Shown here in pieces: positions 11,205-20,388 of a stretch of 32,000 nt of DNA (the first letter of the stretch is position 1; each line of letters begins with the position of its first letter). The notes below the pieces were generated by a model. It was not told the origin of the DNA. It worked only from the letters and a program-made list of their open reading frames with translations, and did not search any database. The DNA lies in the NCBI RefSeq assembly GCF_016592615.1, contig NZ_AP013043.1:600001-632000 (forward strand), read 5' to 3'. A program made the position numbers and the translations under genes. This DNA comes from Isorropodon fossajaponicum endosymbiont JTNG4 (GTDB lineage: Bacteria > Pseudomonadota > Gammaproteobacteria > PS1 > Pseudothioglobaceae).

Positions 11205-12046
11205 ATGAAAAAACAAGATGATAAGCAGATATTTATAGATCATTCAAATTTAATAGAAAATAAGGCTTCAAATTTTTGGTTTGATGATGAGACAAAGCTT
11301 CCAATAGATCCCATGAGCGAAGAACATCAAACAATAAGTTTAAAAGCGTTCCTGTTAAAGAGAAAGAATTATTGTTTGATGGGCTAGAAAGTGTTTATAA
11401 AAATTATCCTGCTAGCATGTCAAGGCTTGCTCAGAAGTGGATTGAGGTTGGAATTATTACAGGCATAAGGCCAAACGAGTGGAAAAATACAAAAATTAGG
11501 GGCAATGTTTCGGATTTTTATTATTCAGAAAACCATGATCAGGTGTTAAGAATGGTGGTGCAAAATGCGAAATATTCAAAAGGAAAGAACAGGTCAAATG
11601 GAAAACATAGAACATTGATTATGACTAGCCTTAGTGAGCAAGATATTATTAAAATTCTTGATTTTAACAGTTTATTGCAAAAACACATTAAAACCAAGGG
11701 TGGTTTCGAGGAGATTTACTATTCAGTTAGAAAGTGCTTGTATTATGCAAATCAAAAAACACTTCCAAAAAGCTCAAAATACATAACGCTGTATTCAGCT
11801 AGGCACCAGTTTGTTTCTGATAGAAAGTCAATGAATGAGCATCCAGCTTACACCGCAGCTCTATTGGGCCATGCTTCAATAAAAACAGCGCAGAGCACTT
11901 ACGGACGAAAAACCAGCGGCAAATCTAGATTTAGCAAGGTAATACCACTTGATACTGATGTTAAAAATATTCTCAAGAACACGCCAAAATCAATCATGAA
12001 TGAAATTAATAGATTCTCCTTTAAACCGACACCGATAGAACAATGA
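11205..12046 (+). pseudogene. Small atypical tyrosine recombinase, apparently frameshifted near 11345-11370
   Basis: The C-terminal ORF carries GIRPNEW (Arg I), NAKYSKGK (Lys), YSARHQF (R-H), LLGHASIKTAQSTYGR (His, Tyr nucleophile). The upstream 60-aa ORF (11205-11387) overlaps it in another frame. The stop overlaps the next gene's start (ATGA at 12043). Confidence 0.6.
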
Positions 12047-14996
12047 ATACTCTAGACAATCTTGTTTTTAAAACTTATTATTTAATAGATAAATTTAGTA
12101 AATTAATAAGCAAGAATACAAAAATAGATTTATCTGATTATAAGCAAATAATTAATGATCATACTTTACTTTCAGACAGTGGGTATATCGCCACAACAAT
12201 TGAAATAACAGGAATTATTGGCAATGTCGATAATGATTTATATCAAGACATCATTATCAACATTGCCAATATAATTGATGATTACCTTAAAACCGGTGTG
12301 CAGTTCAACATTCAATTTTCAGTCAATAGCAAAAATCCTATTTTATTGAGCAAAAACATAGAGCAATTATTAATTGCGAATCAGAATGTAGGGCTTGGAC
12401 TGGAGTCGTGTATTTTATCACTGGAAAAGAAAATACAAAAGTACCTGAACAATGAGAAAATTTTACTAATCGTTTACAGCTCTCAATCTATTGTAGAAGA
12501 GCACACCTTAAAAAACACCTTAATGAGTTAAAAACAATTTCATTTCCACCGACAGGAAATGAGGCCTTAAATGACTTTTCAAAAACTGTTAGCGCAACTC
12601 AGAGGCAAAACCACAACGCCACTGTTGATGCTGTTATTGGTAAAATTAAAAAATATTCCCATGCAAAAATTCTCAGCTCGCTAGAGACATTAAGAACATT
12701 AAAGGAATTTACCAGCATCTCTGATCAGGGGCACTGGCATCCGACTACAGAGTTGGATGTGCCAGAGACATTTTTTTTAAACGATGTTGAGAATAAAAAT
12801 CCTGACAAAAATGATGCCTCTTTGTTTTTGCCACCGCCTTTAGCCTCCCAAATAGTGCCTAGAATTGAAAAAATATCAAACGATATTTATAAAGTTAATG
12901 ATTGGTTTTTTTCAGCCATTGAAATACAAATGTTCCCGACCAAAAGCGTGAATTTTGAGGAGTTAAAAGCACTTACTCTTCGTAAGAAAATGTCAGCATA
13001 TATTAATTTTGTTCTTCTGCCCGATGGCTTTGATTCTATCAGAGGCGACTTTAAAACAAAAATGGCAAGGTTTGCCGGCTCTGTTACTTTTGATGATGAG
13101 GCAAAGTATCTTGGACAGGTTCTAAGCAATGCAAAAAAAGAAAGAAACTCAACTGCAATACAGTGGGACATATCATTCTTTTCAAAAGATATCAATAAGC
13201 TTGAAGCAGACAGAAGCATATTAAGCAAATACATTGTTGGTTGGGGAGGCTCTTTGCCAGACATGGCAGGCGATGTACTAAGGACAATATTAACATCTCT
13301 TGGATTGAAAAGAACAAGTATAGCGCCTAAGGCATGTACAGTGCCATCTGAGATAGCGCCATTGTTACCATTATTAACAACAAAAAAACCATTTTCAGAA
13401 GGAAACATTCTTTTTAGAACGGTTACCGGACACATCTACCCTTATTCAACACAAATGAGTAGACAATCTGGTGCAACACTAATTTATGGTCCGATGGGAT
13501 ATTCAAAATCTGTTTTATTAGGCCAAATTGTAAAAAGCGTTGTCAATGATGCGGCGTTGAAAAGTAACCAGTTACCCAAGATTGCTTTTATTGATATTGC
13601 CAAATCACCTTCTGGCATTATTCCTTTTTTAAAAAATGTGATTAAACCAGAAATGAGAGAAGAGATATCTCACACCAGACTAAACCATGTCAGTTAATAA
13701 CAATATTAATCCAATGGACACTCTGCTTGGCGTTAGGACGCCCATTGTTGAGCAGATAAATTCTATAAAAGGAATTTTTGCACTGTTTACTATTGACAAT
13801 GTTAATGATCCAATTCAAGACGGCGTGTTAGGTGTTTTAGAGTACGCCATAAAAACAAGCTACAAAAATAAAGAAAAAAAATCTGCAAATCTTTATCAAA
13901 AAGGCATTCGTTTAGATATTGACAACATTGTTGATTCATCAGACATAGCAGTTGATGAGTTTACAACTTGGTGGGAAGTGGTTGATTATTTGTTTGATAA
14001 AGGCTTTATCAATGAAGCTGAACATGCGCAAAGATACGCATCGCCTTTAATTAGTGATATTATTGCCGTTGTTAGGAGTCCAGAAGCCGCCTCTATTTAT
14101 TCATTTAAAACAAAAACACAAGAAACACTGGTTGATTTTGTCATCAGAAAACTGACCGAAGCATCAGAAGCTTATCCAATCATAACAAAGCCATCAACAA
14201 TATCTAGCAAAGCAAGGATTTCATATATTAATTTAAACGATGTCTCACCTGCAAACAACCCAAAACAAACAGCTATTATGTACCTGCTTGCTAGAATGGT
14301 TTTGGTTAAAGACTGGATGTTATTTTGGGGCAGTTTAGAGCCACTACTTGAAGATAGATATAAAAAATTCTATCAAAGGAAAATTGAAGCTGATATTGGC
14401 ATACCAAAGGTGCTTATCTACGATGAATTTCATAGGACTGGCGGTATTAGATCAGGTGGAGATAGACGTCCTAAATTTGCATGGTTTGTTGTTTTATCAA
14501 CACAAAAAATTTCAGACTTAAATAGCGCAATGTCTGGTTTAAGCAGCTCTGCTTTTATCCTCGGTGGAAGTAGTGAAGAAGAACAGGTTCAAACAAAAAA
14601 ATATTTGGACTAAAAGACAGTGAAATAAGACTAATGAAAACATTAGGAAAGCCTAACTCTGATGGCGCTGAACTTATTTTATGGCTCAACCAGGGTGATA
14701 AAAAGTACGTCCAAAAACTAATATCAACATTGCCGGTCGAAGACCTTTGGATGCTTGACTCTAACCCTGATGAATCAAGTATTAGAGATAAGTTATATGA
14801 GAATTTTGGCGTGACAGAAACAATAAATTTTTTATCTAAATTTTATCCCTCTGTGTCTTTTAAAAAGAGCAAAGAGGAGATTCAAACGAAGCTGCAACTT
14901 GACCCTGAAGCAAAAGAGTATGACAGCTCTGACGTTATGCCGATTTTGTTTAAAAAGATTAAAAAAGAGTTTAAACAAAGTCAGATTAAAAAATGA
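12043..14996 (+). pseudogene. Large P-loop NTPase of the conjugative IcmB(DotO)/TraU or VirB4/TraC class, split over four frames
   Basis: ORFs 12043-12531, 12456-13697, 13684-14613 and ~14580-14996 join into about 980 codons. This needs single-nt shifts at ~12456-12530, ~13684-13697 and the A7 run at 14595-14601. Motifs: GPMGYSKS (Walker A-like), INPMDTLLG, VLIYDEFHR (Walker B-like), ...STQKISD..., FGLKDSEIRLMKTLGKP after frame correction. Confidence 0.5.
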
Positions 14997-15105
14997 GTAG
15001 CAAGCATAGGTTTATTTTTAACGAAAAAAAGGAGAGCAAAATGGTAATAAAAACAAAAGTGAACAAAATAATAGTAGAAGCACAGGCGAGCTGGAAATGA
15101 TTTAA

Positions 15106-15928
15106 ATTTACAAAATAGAATTTACAGTTGGTGATGATTACTTAAGCAAGATAAAAGAAACTTTGTTATTTTTTAGTGACGGCGAAGAGTTAATTGCTTG
15201 CCAGGGTAATAATTACTATAAAGCATTAACTTTGTCGCTTTGTCAATTTTCCGTATTTGCTGATATTATTAGTGGTGATGAGTTAGAGGAAAAAATAGCA
15301 AATGCAGAAGGTTATTATCGACTTAGTGAAATGGGCTGCAAGGTTGTTTATTTTGAAGGGCTATTCAAACCAGAAAGAGACGATTTTGAAATTTCGATTT
15401 TGGATACCTAAGAAGGTATTAAGTTTATGGAATTTAACGGCCGCTTTGGCGACCCCGAAGGGCTAAACATTCTAACCATTTTAAAAAGCTCTTTTGCTGA
15501 TGTGATAAGGCACATGCATGTGGCACAAAACACTTTCAGAAGATAAAGTTGATTTTATCAAAAAGGCATCTGTTATTAAGTATCTTGTAGCAAAAGAATA
15601 CCCTCAAGAAAGCAATAAGGCAACAATGTTTACTATGGATGAGCAAGCCATTAATGAGATGGGGGTTAATATCTTTTTTGCCTCTTCTGTTAAAATATCT
15701 GATGGCACATACCAAACACTTAAAAAATCAAGAGCTATTGCTTTTGGCGCAGTAGCAGAAAAAATAGAAGACGCTGGAAATCTGGTGAATCAAGCTATAG
15801 AGAAATTTGTTCATGCCGATTTGGAATACAGAAGAGATATAGGCTCTAGGGAAAACTTAGACAAACTCTCAAGTTACGATTTTAACGATAGAGAAGAAGC
15901 GCCTTCTCCAACATTACACCCAACATAA
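15106..15928 (+). pseudogene. purD-like (phosphoribosylamine--glycine ligase, ATP-grasp) relic
   Basis: KFMEFNGRFGDPEG matches the PurD xEFNCRFGDPE motif, and VNIFFASS...YRRDIGSRE matches the PurD C-terminus (vFHAGT...yRxDIG). The N-terminal third is missing. There is an in-frame TAA at 15409-15411 and a frameshift between 15518 and 15546. Confidence 0.55.
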
Positions 15929-16152
15929 TTGGTAATAAGACAGCGCAAATGACAAAGCACAACCAAAAATTAGAAAAAAAGATAGACAAAAATAGAAGTA
16001 GCTCGAACCTAACCATTAAAGAATAAATAACATGGATGCTTATCTTATTATTTTATATCTTTTAACTACTTACCTTTTTGAACAATTAGACTTAATTACA
16101 ACCTAAAAAAGTATTAAAATAGATATTAATTTAAATACTAATTATACAAACA

Positions 16153-16404
16153 ATGAACCAAATACTATCAAGTTACACAGCAAGTACAACTGAGTTAAAG
16201 ACTTCTTTAAATAGCATTCTTAAGCAGTCAGAGGGCGATACGGTGGCTATTCTCAACCACAATACCGTTAGTAGTTACTTAGTATCACCTAGCGTTTATG
16301 AAAAACTACTTAATATTGCTGATGACTACCTCCTATCTAAAGAAGTTGATAAAAGACTATCGCAGAATGTTGAACCAATAACTGTATCGCTTGATGAATT
16401 ATAA
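16153..16404 (+). CDS. Phd/YefM-family antitoxin
   Basis: 83 aa. It shows the ...TASTTELKTSLNSILKQSEGDTVAILNHNTVSSYLVSPSVYEKLL pattern of Phd/YefM/StbD antitoxins. Its end overlaps the toxin start. Confidence 0.8.
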   Translation: MNQILSSYTASTTELKTSLNSILKQSEGDTVAILNHNTVSSYLVSPSVYEKLLNIADDYLLSKEVDKRLSQNVEPITVSLDEL

Positions 16405-16677
16405 ATTAGAGTTTCTGCCTAAAGCACTTAGTGAATGGAAAAAACTAAATACCAATATCAAGGAACCACTTAAAAAGAAACTGAAAAAAAGACTTGCCAA
16501 TCCAAAAGTAGCAAAAGATAAACTTAAGGGCTATGAAGATGTTTATAAAATCAAACTTCAATCGTCAGCTACCGACTAGCCTATCAAGTTATAGATGAGT
16601 GTGTGGCAATCTTAGTAATAGCAGTTGGGAAACGAGAAGATAAGAAAATCTATAAACTACTACAACAAAGATATTAA
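16394..16677 (+). pseudogene. RelE/StbE-family toxin with a 1-nt deletion (frameshift near 16568)
   Basis: MNYKLEFLPKALSEWKKL...YKIKLQSS then hits a stop. The shifted frame continues YRLAYQVIDECVAILVIAVGKREDKKIYKLLQQRY*, which is the canonical RelE C-terminus (SGYRLxYQV...VGKRE). Restoring one G after 16568 restores the frame. Confidence 0.75.
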
Positions 16678-16751
16678 AAAACGGAATGTTCGCCTAATGG
16701 ACGGGTTCAAATTTCATGTGATTTATTTTGCATCACCCACCCCTAAAAAGT

Positions 16752-16780
16752 TTGACATAGAGACTGGTTTGGCGTATATT
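16752..16780 (+). promoter_or_regulatory. Strong sigma70-type promoter candidate
   Basis: TTGACA (16752-16757), a 17-nt spacer, then TATATT (16775-16780). It faces the structured leader and the small-ORF/Bro-N operon. Confidence 0.5.
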
Positions 16781-16895
16781 TTGACATTAAGAGGCTTTCA
16801 AACCTTTACAAGCGGATATCCGCTCCCGTCAGACTTAGCGGTTTTTTTATGTCTGAACCATTAAAAATGGTTTCATTTAAAAATTAAAAAGTTTA

Positions 16896-16993
16896 TGAGG
16901 GAGGCTGGAATCCAGCAATGCTCCAGGCTTGGCTTGTACAAGTTGAAACCTCCCTCACCATACAACAATGCATGGTGAAATCCTAAAAGGAGG
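16896..16993 (+). promoter_or_regulatory. Structured leader with an SD / anti-SD / anti-anti-SD arrangement (c4-antisense-like or riboregulator candidate)
   Basis: TGAGGGAGG (16896-16904) is the exact complement of CCTCCCTCA (16949-16957). The CCTCC core is also complementary to the SD AAGGAGG (16987-16993) of the ORF at 16999. There is an additional hairpin CACCAT-N10-ATGGTG (16956-16977). Confidence 0.35.
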
Positions 16994-16998
16994 TCATC

Positions 16999-17244
16999 AT
17001 GACTAGCGATACACAGCTATACTCTAAGAGTATTAGTAATACATGCCCCGCAGGAAATACCCTTGGGGTGCAGCGGCACTATCAGCACCCTATTGAGTTA
17101 TCTGACTCAGAAAGAGTGCGCTTTAATACCTATCAGCAGCAACAGGAATATACGTCAGCAGAACTTAAACGAGAACACATTCATGATAATTTAACAATAG
17201 CATTCTCAGCGGTAGCGGTGTTATTACAAGGAGGTGTATCGTGA
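16999..17244 (+). CDS. Small hypothetical protein (81 aa), positioned like P1 icd
   Basis: Strong SD (AAGGAGG, 5-nt spacer). The stop overlaps the GTG start of the Bro-N gene (GTGA). The N-terminus is paralogous to ORF 18386. Confidence 0.5.
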   Translation: MTSDTQLYSKSISNTCPAGNTLGVQRHYQHPIELSDSERVRFNTYQQQQEYTSAELKREHIHDNLTIAFSAVAVLLQGGVS

Positions 17245-17675
17245 GCAATATCACCAATATGTCACAGGTGTTTAATTTTGATAATCATCAGATTAGAACA
17301 ACGGTTGACGATAAAAACAAGCCTTATCTTGTAGCAAAGGATGTGTGTGAGGTTTTAGAGATTAAAAATTCTAGAGATGCAATTAAACAAGTTGAAAGTC
17401 GTTTAAAAGAAGCGGGTTTAAAGGGGGTAGTTTCAAACGACACCCTTTTAAAAACCACTGGCGGCAAACAAACTCTGATAACAATCAACGAACAAGGCCT
17501 ATACGAACTCATCTTTACCTCACGCAAAAAACAAGCTGTTAAGTTTAGGACATGGGTCACTGGTGAAGTTTTGCCAGCCATTCGCCAAACAGGCACCTTC
17601 TCCCTACCAGAACATCTAAGCCTTGCACAACTCGACCCAAAACAAGCCGACCTAACTCGACAAAATCATGATTGA
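17241..17675 (+). CDS. Bro-N domain protein (prophage antirepressor type)
   Basis: FNFDNHQIRTTVDDKNKPYLVAKDVCEVLEIKNSRDAIKQV...ITINEQGLYELIFTSRKKQAVKFRTWVTGEVLPAIRQTG is the Bro-N signature. Confidence 0.8.
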   Translation: MSNITNMSQVFNFDNHQIRTTVDDKNKPYLVAKDVCEVLEIKNSRDAIKQVESRLKEAGLKGVVSNDTLLKTTGGKQTLITINEQGLYELIFTSRKKQAVKFRTWVTGEVLPAIRQTGTFSLPEHLSLAQLDPKQADLTRQNHD

Positions 17676-18393
17676 GTTTATTAAGGACTATGGCCATCGT
17701 CACACCCCAAAAGGATTTGCTGTTGATCCACAATACGCCATAAAGTTTGTACATAAGTTTGTGCGTAATTATTACAACATCTCTACTTATAAAAACCTAA
17801 GTTTGGGTGATGTTAAAAACCTCAAGCAAGTTTTACTAGACAACGAGCGTATTGTACTTGGCAATGCGAAAGGCATCTTTGGCGTTGATATCAACAAAGA
17901 CCCAAGAGTTGCGATTGAGCAAGAAAATGAACACAGCGTTTCATTTAGAACCTTAGGCAGGCAATATTATCAAACCTTTACCATTGACTACATTCTTAAT
18001 CAAAGTGCATGGGTCGGTCAGATTGATGTTAAAAATAGAGCATTAGAGGTTGAGTTAAAACAATCTCAGGCCGCACTAGAACAATGCCAAGCACAAAAAG
18101 GCATAGCTACTGAGCCTACTGAGACTGCTTTAGAGATCTATTCAAGCATGACTGATATTGATGATATCACCGAAATACAAGCACTGACCGAAGACAGCTC
18201 TAAATTTGAGTCAGAAGGCTTGTTATTAGACAGTATCAACCTAGCCAAAAACATCAGTGCATTGGTCAAGAGTGGTCCTGAGTATTTAATGGCATTAAGG
18301 GCACTGCTTGATGAGAATATGGATTTTCTACTGCTTAAATTGCAAAAACTAAAGTGTCTTTTTATTATAAATAAGGAGGTTTGTCATGACTAG
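17668..18393 (+). CDS. Hypothetical protein (241 aa), acidic with a coiled-coil-like middle
   Basis: The ORF overlaps the Bro-N stop by 8 nt and the next ORF by 8 nt. I recognise no motif. It could be the displaced C-terminal part of an antirepressor. Confidence 0.45.
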   Translation: MIEFIKDYGHRHTPKGFAVDPQYAIKFVHKFVRNYYNISTYKNLSLGDVKNLKQVLLDNERIVLGNAKGIFGVDINKDPRVAIEQENEHSVSFRTLGRQYYQTFTIDYILNQSAWVGQIDVKNRALEVELKQSQAALEQCQAQKGIATEPTETALEIYSSMTDIDDITEIQALTEDSSKFESEGLLLDSINLAKNISALVKSGPEYLMALRALLDENMDFLLLKLQKLKCLFIINKEVCHD

Positions 18394-18679
18394 CAGCGAC
18401 ACACAACACTCTAAGAGAATCAATAAACAACACTCAAATGCAGGTGCACCGACTTGGCAGGGCTTATTACCAGAGACAGACACCTGGGAAGGCTTATCAC
18501 GAGCGTTAGACTTTTTGGGCTGTATTGAACCAGGTATTACTAAAGCTGAGTTTAAGCCTTATCAAGCTATTCTTGAACAAGCGCAGCGGTTGTTAGAAGG
18601 TAGTGACCCTGATGATGGGATGAGGCTTAAGCTTGAGGAGCTTGAGGCGTTTGATGCGTGGATGGATGGGGTGGGGTGA
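18386..18679 (+). CDS. Hypothetical protein (97 aa)
   Basis: SD AAGGAGG upstream. The N-terminus MTSSDTQHSKRI resembles MTSDTQLYSKSI of ORF 16999. Confidence 0.45.
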   Translation: MTSSDTQHSKRINKQHSNAGAPTWQGLLPETDTWEGLSRALDFLGCIEPGITKAEFKPYQAILEQAQRLLEGSDPDDGMRLKLEELEAFDAWMDGVG

Positions 18680-18746
18680 TTTTGTTAAACACAAACAAAG
18701 TAAGCCCGACTTATTAAAGTTCATAAAATGTGTATAATTACACACG

Positions 18747-18929
18747 ATGACGAGCAAAGAAATTATTAAAAGGCTTAAAAAGGATGGTTGGCTTAGGGTT
18801 GGCGGTAAGGGCGACCATGAAAAATTCAAACATCCAGGCAAGCAAGGTCATGTGATTGTGCCACATCCGCGTAAAGATTTACGTCCTGGCACACTAAATA
18901 GTATTTTTAAACAAGCGGGGTGGAAATAA
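18747..18929 (+). CDS. hicA: HicA-family mRNA interferase toxin
   Basis: 60 aa. The sequence ...EIIKRLKKDGWLRVGGKGDHEKFKHPGKQGHVIVPHPRKDLRPGTLNSIFKQAG is a textbook HicA. Confidence 0.9.
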   Translation: MTSKEIIKRLKKDGWLRVGGKGDHEKFKHPGKQGHVIVPHPRKDLRPGTLNSIFKQAGWK

Positions 18930-19315
18930 TGAAATATCTAGGTTATGTAGAAAGTGGTAATGATAAGTGCGCTAGCAGTGTTGTATTGCCTGACTTTCCT
19001 GGGTGCTTTAGTGCAGTGGATAATGAGCAAGATCTAAACTCTAGCGTGCAAGAGGCAGTCGAGCTGCACTTTGAAGGGGAAGAGTTTGATTTACCAACAC
19101 CTCTCACGCTTGGTGAAGTTCAAAATTTACCAGATTTTGATTATTCGGGTGTTTGGATGTGGTTTGATATCGACACTGACAAAATCTCAACCAAATTACA
19201 ACGAGTGAATATCACCATGCCGAAAAATATCCTAACTAAATTAGACACATTAGCGACAAGTCAGCATATTTCACGTTCTGGCATGGTAAGGCAATTAGTT
19301 GAAGGTGTTCAATAG
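18929..19315 (+). CDS. hicB: HicB-family antitoxin with a C-terminal RHH domain
   Basis: MKYLGYVESGND...VVLPDFPGCFSAVDNEQD (HicB RNase-H-like fold) plus RVNITMPKNILTKLD...ISRSGMVRQL (CopG/RHH). The ATG overlaps the hicA TAA (TAATG). Confidence 0.85.
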   Translation: MKYLGYVESGNDKCASSVVLPDFPGCFSAVDNEQDLNSSVQEAVELHFEGEEFDLPTPLTLGEVQNLPDFDYSGVWMWFDIDTDKISTKLQRVNITMPKNILTKLDTLATSQHISRSGMVRQLVEGVQ

Positions 19316-19447
19316 TAGATTTTCTAAATCTTGTTTAATTAAACATAAACAACACAAACAACACATTAAACACTATAAGGAGACCATATTTTTACATTCT
19401 ATAAAACCTTATTTGACGAATAGTAAAAACAATGTAAAATCAACACT

Positions 19448-19687
19448 GTGAATATTAAGTATAACAAGCAAGCAAAAAAATATTTAGACAGACTGCCAAA
19501 AAACACAGCTAAAAAAATTATTACCGCCATCAATAAGCTGCCAAATGATGGAGATATTAAGCCTTTAACTGGCTTTAATAACGCTTACAGGTTGAGAATA
19601 GGTGCAAATAGAATTATTTGGGAGATGGATAATTTAAATATTTACATTAGAAAAATCGCCCCACAAGGACAGGTTTATAAAAAATAG
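19448..19687 (+). CDS. RelE/ParE-superfamily toxin (toxin-first module)
   Basis: 79 aa. The pattern is ...YNKQAKKYLDRLPKNTAKKIITAINKLPNDGDIKPLTGFNNAYRLRIGANRIIWEMD. GTG start. Confidence 0.7.
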   Translation: MNIKYNKQAKKYLDRLPKNTAKKIITAINKLPNDGDIKPLTGFNNAYRLRIGANRIIWEMDNLNIYIRKIAPQGQVYKK

Positions 19688-19697
19688 GAGAATTATT

Positions 19698-20063
19698 ATG
19701 AACACTTTAACAATTGAAAACAAGGAATACGCCGTTGTTCCTATGGATGATTATCAGTCAATGCTTTTATTGCAAGAGAATTTTGATGATACTTTGGCCT
19801 TAGAAAAAGCAAGAGAAGCTGTGCTAAGTAATGATGATGAATTACTACCATCAGATTTTGTGGAAAAATTAGTCTTGAGTGACGAAAATAAAGTCAAATT
19901 ATGGCGCAAATACCGAGATATTAATATCACTCAACTTTCACAACAAACTGATATCAATATCGCAACAATTTCACGTATTGAGAATAACAAAAGAGAGCCA
20001 ACACTTAAACAAGTAAAAATTTTAGCGAACGCGCTTAATGTTGATATTGATGATTTGGTTTAA
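19698..20063 (+). CDS. Antitoxin with a C-terminal XRE-type HTH
   Basis: SD AGGAG upstream. The C-terminus LWRKYRDINITQLSQQTDINIATISRIENNKREPTLKQVKILANALNV is a Cro/C1 HTH. It sits 10 nt after the toxin. Confidence 0.7.
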   Translation: MNTLTIENKEYAVVPMDDYQSMLLLQENFDDTLALEKAREAVLSNDDELLPSDFVEKLVLSDENKVKLWRKYRDINITQLSQQTDINIATISRIENNKREPTLKQVKILANALNVDIDDLV

Positions 20064-20097
20064 TTAAATATAAACATTACAATCAAAAGAGTGACAC

Positions 20098-20388
20098 TTA
20101 CCTTTGAATAAATTTAATGTCAATATCGCAATCAACCGCATTGGCGTACTTGTTGATTGTTGCAAGAGATGGTGATAGTTTGCCACTTGCAAGAGAGGAT
20201 TCAAGTCTAGTAATTGCTGTTTGTTTTGTTCCCATTCTTTCAGCGACTTCAGTTTGACTAAGTCCAATATTTTTTCTGGCTGATAGCATTTGGTTAAGTA
20301 AACTAAATTCTAGAGATAGATCGTCATATTCTTTTTTAACACTGGCATTAGAAAGTGCTTTTTGTTTTAGTTGTTTGTGTGTCATCAT
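20098..20388 (-). CDS. HigA-like XRE-family antitoxin
   Basis: 96 aa with the HTH ...ARKNIGLSQTEVAERMGTKQTAITRLES. The start overlaps the upstream toxin stop. Confidence 0.8.
   Translation of the reverse strand: MMTHKQLKQKALSNASVKKEYDDLSLEFSLLNQMLSARKNIGLSQTEVAERMGTKQTAITRLESSLASGKLSPSLATINKYANAVDCDIDIKFIQR

Noticed and set aside
16032-16106. 24-codon hydrophobic ORF (MDAYLIILYLLTTYLFEQLDLITT) upstream of the phd-relE module, considered as a type I toxin
   Set aside because: It has no SD and no recognisable antisense RNA partner. Short hydrophobic ORFs arise easily by chance in T-rich DNA.
16625-16864. 79-aa ORF from the track
   Set aside because: Its 5' part overlaps the genuine (shifted) RelE C-terminal frame. 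Its 3' part runs through the promoter and hairpins of the next module. It has no motif.
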